Shown here: piece after piece, positions 8,703 through 18,067 of the stretch
Numbering within the stretch: position 1 is the first letter of the stretch
Layout: the number at the start of each line of letters is the position of its first letter
From: a virus
DNA length: 64,000 bases
Reading direction: 5' to 3' (one strand)
IMG/VR virus record: IMGVR_UViG_3300025759_000064
Span: 46,920-110,919 of that record
Notes under the pieces: generated by a model
What the model was told of the DNA's origin: nothing
What the model saw: only the letters and a program-made list of their open reading frames with translations
The model's database searches: none
Position numbers and translations under genes: made by a program

Positions 8703-9361
8703 TATTCTGTCTCCCAATCCCACATATCGGGTCTTTCAGTTTCACCAACACCCCCACCGTAAGCCAAATCTTTAATGTCTCTCGGCACATTGCCCCAAGT
8801 AGATTCATCATGCCAATTCATTGGCTGCCCTACGTTTTTACCCTGTCTCATCATAACTAATCGGTGCGGGTCAATCGCCTCATGGATAAGCCCTTCAGGA
8901 AATCCTTCAGGACTTTGTTTTGCGTTCCTCCACTGCGCATCGAGATTTTTCGCGCCCTCAGGTGTCATACGAATCCCAACCATTGAATGTCCCATTCCTT
9001 TTCCACTAGGCGTAGCACCAGCGTATGCGGGTGTAACATTACGAAAATCGGGTTTAGTCACCCAAAATCCTTTACCCCCACCACGTGTAGTATCAAACTT
9101 TTTGTCATTTTTACCAGCCATTACATCTTCCCATTGCGAATTATCTTCTCCATAACCACGGTTTGCGTTTTGCGGCAAAGGCTGCAAACCTCGATTATCA
9201 ATATCTTGCATATATTCGCTCGGTACAACACGCATCATCGACATCGGCCCAGCCCGACTAGGAAAATCTGCATGGTATTGACCCAAGGTAGTTTGGTCAG
9301 GGTGCAATTCAGGATACAAAGGTGACTTTAGAACAGCCCATGCTTGGTCAAAGGGGTTCAT
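8702..9361 (-). CDS. leader-tagged putative ADP-ribosyltransferase-fold protein
   Basis: MNPFDQAWAVLK leader; R...IDNRGLQP, GFWVT, AYAG, VGIR and EGLIHEAIDP follow the Tpt1/ART-like pattern. Confidence 0.5.
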   Translation of the reverse strand: MNPFDQAWAVLKSPLYPELHPDQTTLGQYHADFPSRAGPMSMMRVVPSEYMQDIDNRGLQPLPQNANRGYGEDNSQWEDVMAGKNDKKFDTTRGGGKGFWVTKPDFRNVTPAYAGATPSGKGMGHSMVGIRMTPEGAKNLDAQWRNAKQSPEGFPEGLIHEAIDPHRLVMMRQGKNVGQPMNWHDESTWGNVPRDIKDLAYGGGVGETERPDMWDWETE

Positions 9362-9729
9362 TGTTGACCCTCCCGATTCGCCCAAAAACCCTCAGCATCC
9401 TCGCTCTGCATGTGATTAGTGTTCTGCACAGTAAGTCCAGTAATTTTCTCAGCGTGGTTGTACATGTCCGTGGCTATACCCCCTCTCCGAAAACTCGGAT
9501 GCGTGTAACTAGCCAAAGGAATCAAGTTACCGTCAGCCACTGAAAACTTTGCATAACCATATTTTATGGGCTTTTGGTCGTATTTATCCAAACCCTGTAT
9601 GGCCGCAACCTGTAAATTACCATGTTTATCGTATTCATGCTGCAACGAGAAATCTTCGGGGTCTCCGTAGTAAGGGAAATCCGGTTTAGGCATTTTGAGT
9701 ACAGCCCACGCTCGGTCGAAGGCAGTCAT
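9358..9729 (-). CDS. leader-tagged GNAT-like acetyltransferase
   Basis: MTAFDRAWAVLK; THPSFRRGGIATDMY; QSEDAEGFW. Confidence 0.75.
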   Translation of the reverse strand: MTAFDRAWAVLKMPKPDFPYYGDPEDFSLQHEYDKHGNLQVAAIQGLDKYDQKPIKYGYAKFSVADGNLIPLASYTHPSFRRGGIATDMYNHAEKITGLTVQNTNHMQSEDAEGFWANREGQQ

Positions 9730-10259
9730 TCATGCACCCCATCATACGGCCAACGTAGTCTTATCCCTCTATAATCATCTTGAAACTTAGTGTGAGCAGA
9801 ACGCCTCTCATCTCCCTCATACGGCAATTCCATGTGTTTTGCCCAAAATGGGGCTGAGGATGCGCTTAACTGACTCGGAAATGTCGTTAGCCTAGCATTT
9901 TTCTTCTTCGCCATCTCATTCGCCAAATTATAAACACCCGTCATCAAACCTCTTCTTCTGTAACCCTCTCTAGTTTTTGCATGAGAAGTTTTCCATTCAG
10001 GGCCATAATGCTCGCTAATATGATTAACAGCAAGCGGTTTTCCATCATTATCCATAATTCTTGTATTTAGCCCATACATATCATATTCCGACACCATTGG
10101 ATAGATTTTGTTTGTTTGAGGGTCTTGAAATTGTGCTTCCATCCCACCGTCTTGTACGTCAGCCTCCTTAATGGGGTCCCACCCTTCTATTTCTTTAATT
10201 GAGCCGGGGATTATCGGCATCTTGAGTATAGCCCACGCAATGTCGAATGCGTTTACCAT
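9726..10259 (-). CDS. leader-tagged GNAT-like acetyltransferase
   Basis: MVNAFDIAWAILK; TREGYRRRGLMTGVY; SASSAPFW. Confidence 0.75.
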   Translation of the reverse strand: MVNAFDIAWAILKMPIIPGSIKEIEGWDPIKEADVQDGGMEAQFQDPQTNKIYPMVSEYDMYGLNTRIMDNDGKPLAVNHISEHYGPEWKTSHAKTREGYRRRGLMTGVYNLANEMAKKKNARLTTFPSQLSASSAPFWAKHMELPYEGDERRSAHTKFQDDYRGIRLRWPYDGVHE

Positions 10260-10303
10260 GCGCCTCACACAGCGTTACTCTATATCGAACTACCGCTAAA
10301 TTA

Positions 10304-10754
10304 GCGTAATGTTAAAACCTTGACCCTTAAACATATGAGACCCGAAGGGGTTTTTTTACCAAAAATATTTTTTTTATTCGAGCGCTGTATGCGACTATAA
10401 GAGCGTAATGCTATTGGCGTAATGCTATCTCTCCGGCTAAGGCAGCGTAATGCTTTGGCGTAATGGGGTACTGCAAGCCTGTTTCAGACATTACGCCTTG
10501 GCGTAATGCCCTGTTGTTGTGGCGTAATGCTTTGTAGTGGGCGTTACGCGGTTGCGTAACGCTTGTACATGTGCCTATGTAGCAAAGCACGTAAGTCGCG
10601 GCTTACAAACGCATCACTGCTCTATGCTTTTCGCCTCACACTTAGCGTGATTATAACGCCAGCCCTTGCACCGCTTTGGATTCCCCACCCGTATGGTTGG
10701 TGCATTAACAGTGCATCTTCTTCATACTAGGGCGTATTGCTGTTGAGCGTAATG
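10304..10754. repeat. GCGTAATG octamer cluster in the non-coding strand-switch region (candidate terminus, packaging site or origin)
   Basis: Direct copies at 10304, 10403, 10417, 10445, 10458, 10501, 10522 and 10747; inverted copy at 10489; perfect inverted repeats at 10489-10508 and 10541-10562. Confidence 0.8.
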
Positions 10755-10813
10755 CTTGTGTGCTGCCTGTATTCTTACTCATCTCATCTCTTTCAGTCTA
10801 ACGTTTATCAGTC

Positions 10814-10837
10814 TTGACTATATAAACCGAGATTGAA
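10814..10837 (+). promoter_or_regulatory. 24-bp conserved early-promoter-like element, copy 1
   Basis: TTGACTATATAAACCGAGATTGAA; contains TATATAAA; lies upstream of an ORF. Confidence 0.8.
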
Positions 10838-10844
10838 AGGGTAG

Positions 10845-11615
10845 GTGGAGGAATCTGAAATGGTAAACGATTTGAAAAACGATACCCAAATAACGATGAT
10901 TGAGCGAATTGCTACGCTCTTGCAGTCACTTGTGACTGTAAGCAAAGCAAAAGGTCGAGGTAAGGTCGACATAGGTAGGTGGGATGTATCCAAAGGATAC
11001 CCTGACCCTCTGTATGATGATGAAGCACCTAACACCACATTGACAGCCAAGCAAGCAAGCACTGTACTTGCACGCTTCTGTCAATCTGTGATTGATAGTG
11101 GTTGGAAACCTGCAAGCGAATTGACTGTTAGTCAACATGCACTTGCAGAGACACATACTCTTTCCACAGGAAAGAACAAAGGCAACGAAGTTCCTGTCTT
11201 TGCATACGGCCTGAACAAAGTCCGTGGAAATGCACGTACAGCAATTAGGAAAGCAAAGTTGGCAGCATCACTTGTGACTGCTCAGGAGAATGGTGGTGCA
11301 TGGTTTGCTGTTGGTGTAACCAACAAAGATGGCACAGGTAAGGCGTTCCCAAGTGAGAAGAAAGCGAGAAATGCTTATGCAAACATGACCTATGGTAAGG
11401 ATTGGTACGACCATCCTGACAAAGAGGCTAGGAAAGCGGAGGCATCAATCCACCGTGGCACATACATAGCCTTCGATGAGAATACCATCATCACAAGTGA
11501 CACAGTGTTCACGACTGATGAAGCCTTGATTGCTGCTGCTAAATCATTAGGCAGCAAAGCAAGCACAGCACGCGGTGCTAAGACATTCATGAAGAAGCAC
11601 TTCGCTAAGGCCTGA
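10845..11615 (+). CDS. basic hypothetical protein, first gene of the rightward arm
   Basis: 256-aa ORF (alternative ATG at 10860) between promoter copy 1 and a hairpin/U-tract. Confidence 0.8.
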   Translation: MEESEMVNDLKNDTQITMIERIATLLQSLVTVSKAKGRGKVDIGRWDVSKGYPDPLYDDEAPNTTLTAKQASTVLARFCQSVIDSGWKPASELTVSQHALAETHTLSTGKNKGNEVPVFAYGLNKVRGNARTAIRKAKLAASLVTAQENGGAWFAVGVTNKDGTGKAFPSEKKARNAYANMTYGKDWYDHPDKEARKAEASIHRGTYIAFDENTIITSDTVFTTDEALIAAAKSLGSKASTARGAKTFMKKHFAKA

Positions 11616-11724
11616 GTCTGAGACAGACTAGACGGACATACGCAAGCCCTCTGCGGGGATACTCGCAGGGGGTAGCCCTCATACTCTTGGGGGTGCAGGT
11701 TTTTCATTCATCCCTGTACCCCCA

Positions 11725-11757
11725 CCCCCCCCGCCGCGAGGCAGGGGGTTTTTTTTT
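11725..11757 (+). terminator. GC hairpin followed by T9
   Basis: CCCCCCGCC-GCGA-GGCAGGGGG-TTTTTTTTT downstream of 10845-11615. Confidence 0.65.
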
Positions 11758-12053
11758 GGCCTAGCCTCACGCATTACGCGGGCTTGGATTCTGATTCTCT
11801 TACGCTCGTCTACGCTATGCGTATCCTTCGCAGAATCCTCTCCAACCATACGGGTGGTAGTCACGCCCGTATCTTGAAAAATAATCTCATCTTCTGCGAG
11901 AGCGAGACACACCCTGTTGACGCTATCTTAAACTCGCACCCTCATTTCGGTGTGTCCTCAGCACACCCGTTAATCTGCACAGTTTGTATGGATTCTGCTC
12001 ATGTGCACATACGCACGTGAGGACAGAGCGGATTCACATAGAAAGAGGGTAAT

Positions 12054-12164
12054 ATTCCGACTTGTCTAATGTACTATCTAAACATTATACAGTAATATAT
12101 AGAAGAGAGACTACAAGAATAATACAATTGTCAATCATACAAATGAATAATCGGAAACCTCGGA
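12054..12164. repeat. longer variant of the TCCGA...TCGGA palindromic element, copy B
   Basis: Begins ATTCCGACTTGTCTA (reverse complement of copy A begins ATTCCGATTGTCTA); AT-rich core; ends GAATAATCGGAAACCTCGGA. Confidence 0.4.
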
Positions 12165-12222
12165 CAATTATCTTTAACACACTAGCATATCTATGCTCGA
12201 AGTTGACATCAGTTTAGTAGCC

Positions 12223-12246
12223 TTGACTATATAAACCGAGATTGAA
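12223..12246 (+). promoter_or_regulatory. 24-bp element, copy 2
   Basis: Exact match to consensus; ATG 10 nt downstream. Confidence 0.8.
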
Positions 12247-12255
12247 ACTAATGCC

Positions 12256-12489
12256 ATGAAAGAGTTGATTACCTCTGACTTTGCTTTGACAACGAATGAC
12301 ATCTTGAGTAGTGTGAGTATACACTGCTTGACTTGCTGTGTCCCAATACAAGTGGACATGGATGCTTTTCTTTACAGAGAGTGTGTGGATGGGGAGATGA
12401 CTGAGAACTACAACATACAATGTGACTGTGATGCTGACGAACAACCTTGCCTTGTGCTACGCACTCATGTACTAGAGGTGGAAGAATGA
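12256..12489 (+). CDS. small Cys-containing hypothetical protein
   Basis: ORF directly after the promoter element; CxxC and CxC. Confidence 0.6.
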   Translation: MKELITSDFALTTNDILSSVSIHCLTCCVPIQVDMDAFLYRECVDGEMTENYNIQCDCDADEQPCLVLRTHVLEVEE

Positions 12490-12629
12490 GTTTAACTTAC
12501 TGCCCTAACTGTGGTTTGAATCCAAATCACCATCAGCCCGACGAACAACAAATATGGGAGAGCGACTATGTGAAAGAACATGGTCTGTGCCACTATTGCG
12601 TTAATGTAGGAACAGGTGATGATGAATGA
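12486..12629 (+). CDS. small Zn-finger protein
   Basis: MSLTYCPNCG...CHYC; ATGA overlap. Confidence 0.55.
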   Translation: MSLTYCPNCGLNPNHHQPDEQQIWESDYVKEHGLCHYCVNVGTGDDE

Positions 12630-12765
12630 GTAGTACACACACTAGTAATACTCTTGGCTACATGCGTGGGTACTTTAGATTGAAGAGAGAGAATGCTGAG
12701 TTACTCAAACAGGTTACACAACTACAAGTTTTATGTCGTACACTTGCAGATGAAATAGAAGGTGA

Positions 12766-13347
12766 TTGTTAATGGGTACACGCTGTAACATACGTGTTGT
12801 TCAAGACACAGGTGATGAGTTGTGGTTCTATCGTCACAATGATGGTTACCCACAGGAAGTTATACCTAGCCTCACACCCTTGATGGAGAGATTGATAGAC
12901 GGTACTGTTAGACCTAACGTGAGTCAGTTTTCAGGTTGGTTAATTGTATTAGGACATGAACAACGCACACCTTCATCACACTATGGCGGTGGTAATGCTG
13001 AACTTGATTGGAAGGTAGGACACTACGAGCCTACCACATGTATGCATGGTGATATAGCATACCTATACACCATTGACCTAGATTCAAAGTCAATACGTGT
13101 CACATGTGCGTTTGGTAATATGCCGGATGAGGATATAGATTACATTGAACGCACAAAGACAGAGATATGGCAGAAGTACAGGCAAGCGGGACTAACAGGC
13201 GATGACCTCCTAGATTCTAATTGGATACACTATGACACATATGAATGGTATCTAGGAGAATACGAAGTGGAGAGGTTTTTCTCATTGAAACAAGTAATCA
13301 ACTTTATGCAAGATTGCGACATACCTGAGTTAGGTGATGATGAATGA
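12766..13347 (+). CDS. conserved phage hypothetical protein (YxHxDGYP family)
   Basis: MGTRCNI...YRHNDGYP...YLYTID. Confidence 0.7.
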   Translation: MLMGTRCNIRVVQDTGDELWFYRHNDGYPQEVIPSLTPLMERLIDGTVRPNVSQFSGWLIVLGHEQRTPSSHYGGGNAELDWKVGHYEPTTCMHGDIAYLYTIDLDSKSIRVTCAFGNMPDEDIDYIERTKTEIWQKYRQAGLTGDDLLDSNWIHYDTYEWYLGEYEVERFFSLKQVINFMQDCDIPELGDDE

Positions 13348-13655
13348 GTTACGAGTTTGTGATGATAACTTACGTTGTGCGTGATGGAGACAAGGAACAC
13401 ATAAACCACTACATAATGACGAAGAACAATGCAGAGAAGCACGATGTTGATTTGATACACATGATGTATTACTTGGATGGTTTTGATACAGATGAGGATG
13501 ATGAGGTCAATGCAGAGCACATACTGTTACACATGTTAGAACATGAGGAAACACGTGGTTGGGTGACTACGGACTGGGGCATGGTAAAGGTTGTTAGAAA
13601 AGAACCAATGAGCCGTGAGACTAAGGAACTGTTCAACAGTTACGGGGTGTACTGA
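13344..13655 (+). CDS. acidic hypothetical protein
   Basis: ORF coupled by ATGA overlap. Confidence 0.6.
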   Translation: MSYEFVMITYVVRDGDKEHINHYIMTKNNAEKHDVDLIHMMYYLDGFDTDEDDEVNAEHILLHMLEHEETRGWVTTDWGMVKVVRKEPMSRETKELFNSYGVY

Positions 13656-13719
13656 ATGAGTATACACAACGAGATAATGATGTGGAGAAAACACATAGCA
13701 AAATGCAGAGAGCAAGATG

Positions 13720-13743
13720 CTGACTATATAAACCGAGATTGAT
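13720..13743 (+). promoter_or_regulatory. 24-bp element, copy 3
   Basis: CTGACTATATAAACCGAGATTGAT (two terminal mismatches). Confidence 0.75.
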
Positions 13744-13763
13744 AAGATAAGGGAGAGATTAAG

Positions 13764-14711
13764 ATGGCTATGAATAAAGAACAGAAAAGAGCATACGGTG
13801 AAATGAAACAGAAAGAGAATAGTGAGCGTTGGTTCGATAACCTTAGTGCTGCTATCATTGACAACAAGATACCATGGCGTAAACCATGGAGAGGAGGCAC
13901 TGCAAGTATGCCGCGTAATTTAGTAAGTAAGAAAGCATATCGTGGTGGTAATGTGATACAATTATGGGTAGCAGGTATGACTAATGGTTGGTCTGACTTA
14001 CGATTTGCTACACGCAAACAGTTGTTAGCAAAGGGTTACTCAATAGAAGGATTGACTAATGACAACGCGGTAAACATACAGTTCTTCAAGCGTAGTAAGT
14101 TCACTGTTGAGAACGAAGATACAGGAGAGGAAGAGACACGCAGCAGATGGTTAGTACGTTGGTACTCTGTATTCTGTGTTGAACAGTGTGTAGATTACGT
14201 AGCACCTGAGACTGATGAAGAAGTGGTAGTAGTGCCTGAGTCTGAGATGATGGTTCACTTCCAAGAGTATATTGATTCACAAGATACACTAGACTTACAC
14301 CGTAAAGGTGTACGTGCATACTACAACCTAAGTAAAGATGAGATTGTTATGCCTCCACATGAGTCATTCATATCACCTATTGGTGAAGTGATGACTGCAT
14401 TCCATGAGGCTATTCATAGTACGGGTCATGTCAAGAGAGTTGAACGACCACTCAAGTCTAAGTTTGGTTCACCTGAGTATGCCTTTGAAGAATTGATTGC
14501 TGAAATGGGGCAGTTAATCGTGACACTCACACTAGGTGGTGAGTTCAAACCTGATTCAGTGGTTGAAGATAATGCTAACAGTCAGGCTTACCTTAAGTCA
14601 TGGTTGGCTGCGTGTAAAGATAAAGATAAGGCTCTCAGTCAAGCGTTTAGCAGTGCTCAAAATGCGGCTGACTATATAATAAACAGTATACAAAAGGAGG
14701 AAGAAGAATGA
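13764..14711 (+). CDS. ardC: ArdC-like antirestriction protein (ssDNA-binding domain plus zincin-like domain)
   Basis: PWRKPW, PRNLVSKKAYRGGN, FATRKQ, HEAIHSTGH, FGSPEYAFEELIAE. Confidence 0.85.
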   Translation: MAMNKEQKRAYGEMKQKENSERWFDNLSAAIIDNKIPWRKPWRGGTASMPRNLVSKKAYRGGNVIQLWVAGMTNGWSDLRFATRKQLLAKGYSIEGLTNDNAVNIQFFKRSKFTVENEDTGEEETRSRWLVRWYSVFCVEQCVDYVAPETDEEVVVVPESEMMVHFQEYIDSQDTLDLHRKGVRAYYNLSKDEIVMPPHESFISPIGEVMTAFHEAIHSTGHVKRVERPLKSKFGSPEYAFEELIAEMGQLIVTLTLGGEFKPDSVVEDNANSQAYLKSWLAACKDKDKALSQAFSSAQNAADYIINSIQKEEEE

Positions 14712-15058
14712 ATGATGAAACAATGAATGATGAAACAATGAATGTTGAAATATATGGGATGGGTGATGAACCACCTAGAGTGATTGATAAAGAACCTGAG
14801 TCAAAGATAGAAAACTTGAATGTGCATGATAATCCTATGGAAACAGCACAGCATATCATTAGAGCGATTGCTGATTATGATGAGGACTTGTATGAATTAG
14901 TCATGTGCAAACCCGCATCATATCCTGATGAAGAGGATGACAAGTACCACGATGGTACTGCTGACTACGATAACGATGTGGATTGGGCTGAGTTACACTC
15001 ACTGATTGGGGCGTTACAATATATGTCAGAAAGATATTACAAGGAGGAAGAAGAATGA
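14708..15058 (+). CDS. acidic hypothetical protein
   Basis: D/E-rich; NDETM tandem repeat at the N-terminus; ATGA overlaps. Confidence 0.6.
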   Translation: MNDETMNDETMNVEIYGMGDEPPRVIDKEPESKIENLNVHDNPMETAQHIIRAIADYDEDLYELVMCKPASYPDEEDDKYHDGTADYDNDVDWAELHSLIGALQYMSERYYKEEEE

Positions 15059-17751
15059 TTGATACAACTAGATTTATACCGAGCAACGAAGATATGCACA
15101 AACTAATCAAAGCCTTTGCGTCAGTTCACGTAGAGAATGAGAAAGATGACATCGGGCCTAACAGACCTGACGCACCATTCTTTGAGAGAGTAGCACGCAT
15201 GGATAGTATTGATGAAGAAGATTACATCGAGATGGCTGATAGATTCTATAAATACATTAACACACAACTACCAACTATTCAACACATCGCTGGCTACCCA
15301 CCTGAAACAGATTGGTCTCAAGCACTTATTGTATTGAAAGAGAAAGGTGAGAAGGCTAGGGCTGCTAGACTAGAACGTGAAAAGATACTTGCACAATTTG
15401 AAAGAGATAGAGGAGATATACGCCGTTTGTTTATGGATGCGGTGAAGAAGTTACAATGTGAATCAAGCATTAATGCTTTTAATGTATCTTTTGTTAGAGT
15501 ATTACCTGAAACAAACATGATTAGTTTTGCTACGCAGTTGGAGGAAATAGGTATGACATCAGCCGAGGCTCTAGCCGAAGTTGCTACATGGATGCGTAAG
15601 TATGCACAGATGATAGTCTCCAATAATCAGTCAAAAATAGTCCAAATTGAGGAATATGAAGAGGTTTGGTACAGCAGAAACGACCCTCACCAACGTTATC
15701 CGCGTAAAAGTAAGAGGTTAGCATTGGATTGGGGTACACGTGACTCAGACCTGTATAGGACTCTAAAGAACAAGATACCCTTCCCCTCATTCAAATGGGA
15801 TGGGGAGAAAATGTCAGTAGCACTTGATGTTATGGTGATTAATACTGCTGTTAAAATACTACAAGAAATGGGCTATTTTACCCATGTAATAGAAGTTTTT
15901 GCATCAAAACTTGAAGCAAGTCAACCCACACCTACTAACAGTAGTGGTTATAGTGCCACCTTAAAATCAGATGCTATAATACTCAAAGTTCCATTCGATG
16001 ATACTAATTCAAGGGCTGTAATTAAAAATGTAAATGGTAGGAAATGGTTAGCAGACATCAAAGCATGGTCTGTTCCTCTATCGGAAGCAAATGTGTTGAT
16101 TAAAAAACTAGGTGAGAAAGATGTGTTTGGTGAACAATCAAGTCAGAAACAGAAACTACTCGCTGAGGTAAATAAGATAGAAGAAGTCAAAACATACCTC
16201 ATGGGTAAGGCTGAGAGAATAGCAATCAGTGATGCTACCGCTTTACATGACGATGATTTAGTCAAGGACATGAAAGACAGACTAGCAGCAATGTTTCCCG
16301 CAGGTCGCGAGTTATATCCTTTCCAATACGCTGGTGTTAGGTTTGCTGAGTTAGCAGATGGGAGATGTCTCATTGGTGATGACATGGGTGTAGGTAAGAC
16401 CATCCAAGCAATTGCATACTCAGCCTTACATCAGGAACATTGGCCTGTAATTGTGGTATGCCCTGCTAATCTAAAGTATAATTGGGGCAGAGAAATTAGC
16501 ACTTGGCTACCTAACTCAACTGTTCAAGTGGTAAAGAATGGGAAGGTGGATTTAGAAGGCTGTGACTTTACCGTTATCAACTACGACTTAGCAACTAGAC
16601 AGAAGGATAACTTAGATGCTTTAGGTGCTAATCTAATCATCTTCGATGAATCACATTACTTGAAGAATAGTAAAGCCAAGAGAACTATTGCTTGTGTATC
16701 CGTAGCAGAGAATGCTAACTCAGTTATATGTCTCAGTGGTACACCGATTACTAACAGACCAATTGAACTATTCACTACGCTTGAGATGATTAAACCTGCT
16801 GAATACAAGGGCAACTTCTTCCCTTATGCTAAAAGATATTGTAATGCTCATAACAATGGTTGGGGTTGGGACTTCAACGGTTCATCCAATGTTGAAGAGT
16901 TGCATGAGAAACTAAGAGATATTATGATACGCAGAATGAAGAACGATGTGCTTGAAGAGTTGCCTGATAAGATTAGACAGTTCATTCCAATAGTACCTAG
17001 TACAAAGTATCTAGCAGATTATAGAAGGCTTGCTAGACAATGGCTCAGTGAGTATGACTACTACAAGACAGCAGGTGGTATGCCAGCAGGGTTTGTATTG
17101 AATATGCTTACTGCACTTAGACATGCTGCTGGGCAAATGAAAGTACCTGCTGCTGCTGATTGGATAGCAGAGTACCACGACCAAAACCCTGACAAACCTA
17201 TCATAGTATTCCACCATCACAAAGATGTAGGAGAAGAATTGATTAAACTATTACGCACTGATAAAAGATTCAGTGGTAGGAGATGGAGTACAATCAACGG
17301 TAGTACCCCTGCTGAAAAGAGAGATGCTAGAGTTCAGGCTTTCCAAGCAGGTGAATTAAGTGGGCTTATCTGTTCAACGATTGCTGCTAAAGAAGGATTG
17401 ACTCTTACAGAAGCAGACACAGTAGTGTTCATAGAAAGAGAATGGGTATCAGGTTGGGAAGAACAAGCAGAAGATAGAGTCAATCGTATAGGACAAGATG
17501 CTGATACAGTACACGCAGTATATCTATCAGTTGTTGGTACTATTGATGAGAAGTTTGATAGAATCGTAGAAGATAAGAGAGAGGTTGTAAGTGCAATCTT
17601 AGATGGTACTACACATGAAGAAGGTACTAAGTCAGGGGTAGCAAAAGCATTACTGCAAGCAATGGTTGATGCGGGAGACATACCAGCAGGTATGATGAAA
17701 GACATAGGTGTTGCTAAACCTAAGTCACACACAGGAGAGGAAGAAGAATGA
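15055..17751 (+). CDS. SNF2-family helicase, SMARCAL1/HARP-like
   Basis: LYPFQ, DDMGVGKT, DESH, LSGTP..N and QAEDRVNRIGQ; HARP-like segments upstream (e.g. GRKWLADIKAWSVP). Confidence 0.9.
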   Translation: MIDTTRFIPSNEDMHKLIKAFASVHVENEKDDIGPNRPDAPFFERVARMDSIDEEDYIEMADRFYKYINTQLPTIQHIAGYPPETDWSQALIVLKEKGEKARAARLEREKILAQFERDRGDIRRLFMDAVKKLQCESSINAFNVSFVRVLPETNMISFATQLEEIGMTSAEALAEVATWMRKYAQMIVSNNQSKIVQIEEYEEVWYSRNDPHQRYPRKSKRLALDWGTRDSDLYRTLKNKIPFPSFKWDGEKMSVALDVMVINTAVKILQEMGYFTHVIEVFASKLEASQPTPTNSSGYSATLKSDAIILKVPFDDTNSRAVIKNVNGRKWLADIKAWSVPLSEANVLIKKLGEKDVFGEQSSQKQKLLAEVNKIEEVKTYLMGKAERIAISDATALHDDDLVKDMKDRLAAMFPAGRELYPFQYAGVRFAELADGRCLIGDDMGVGKTIQAIAYSALHQEHWPVIVVCPANLKYNWGREISTWLPNSTVQVVKNGKVDLEGCDFTVINYDLATRQKDNLDALGANLIIFDESHYLKNSKAKRTIACVSVAENANSVICLSGTPITNRPIELFTTLEMIKPAEYKGNFFPYAKRYCNAHNNGWGWDFNGSSNVEELHEKLRDIMIRRMKNDVLEELPDKIRQFIPIVPSTKYLADYRRLARQWLSEYDYYKTAGGMPAGFVLNMLTALRHAAGQMKVPAAADWIAEYHDQNPDKPIIVFHHHKDVGEELIKLLRTDKRFSGRRWSTINGSTPAEKRDARVQAFQAGELSGLICSTIAAKEGLTLTEADTVVFIEREWVSGWEEQAEDRVNRIGQDADTVHAVYLSVVGTIDEKFDRIVEDKREVVSAILDGTTHEEGTKSGVAKALLQAMVDAGDIPAGMMKDIGVAKPKSHTGEEEE

Positions 17752-17754
17752 ACC

Positions 17755-17778
17755 TTGGCTATATAAACCGAGATTGAA
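17755..17778 (+). promoter_or_regulatory. 24-bp element, copy 4
   Basis: TTGGCTATATAAACCGAGATTGAA (one mismatch). Confidence 0.75.
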
Positions 17779-17782
17779 TTAA

Positions 17783-18067
17783 GTGGTGATTAAGATGTTG
17801 TTTGATTGTGAGTTTTGTAATGAAAAAGGAATGGAATTAAGTCTAGGGACATACTTAGCACCCTCAGTATTCTATGGTGGTGAGCCTAAGGAAACAGACA
17901 TTATCGTAATGAAATGTATTGAGTGTGGTGTGCATGAGCCTTGTGATGATGATGATTTAATAGGCTTCATCATGCAGATATTAGGTGAGACTAACTACCA
18001 AAAAGCGATGATAAAAACACTACAAATATTGTGGAAAGAAACATACATGAAGGAGATGATTGAATGA
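17783..18067 (+). CDS. Zn-ribbon protein
   Basis: CEFC...CIEC. Confidence 0.6.
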   Translation: MVIKMLFDCEFCNEKGMELSLGTYLAPSVFYGGEPKETDIIVMKCIECGVHEPCDDDDLIGFIMQILGETNYQKAMIKTLQILWKETYMKEMIE

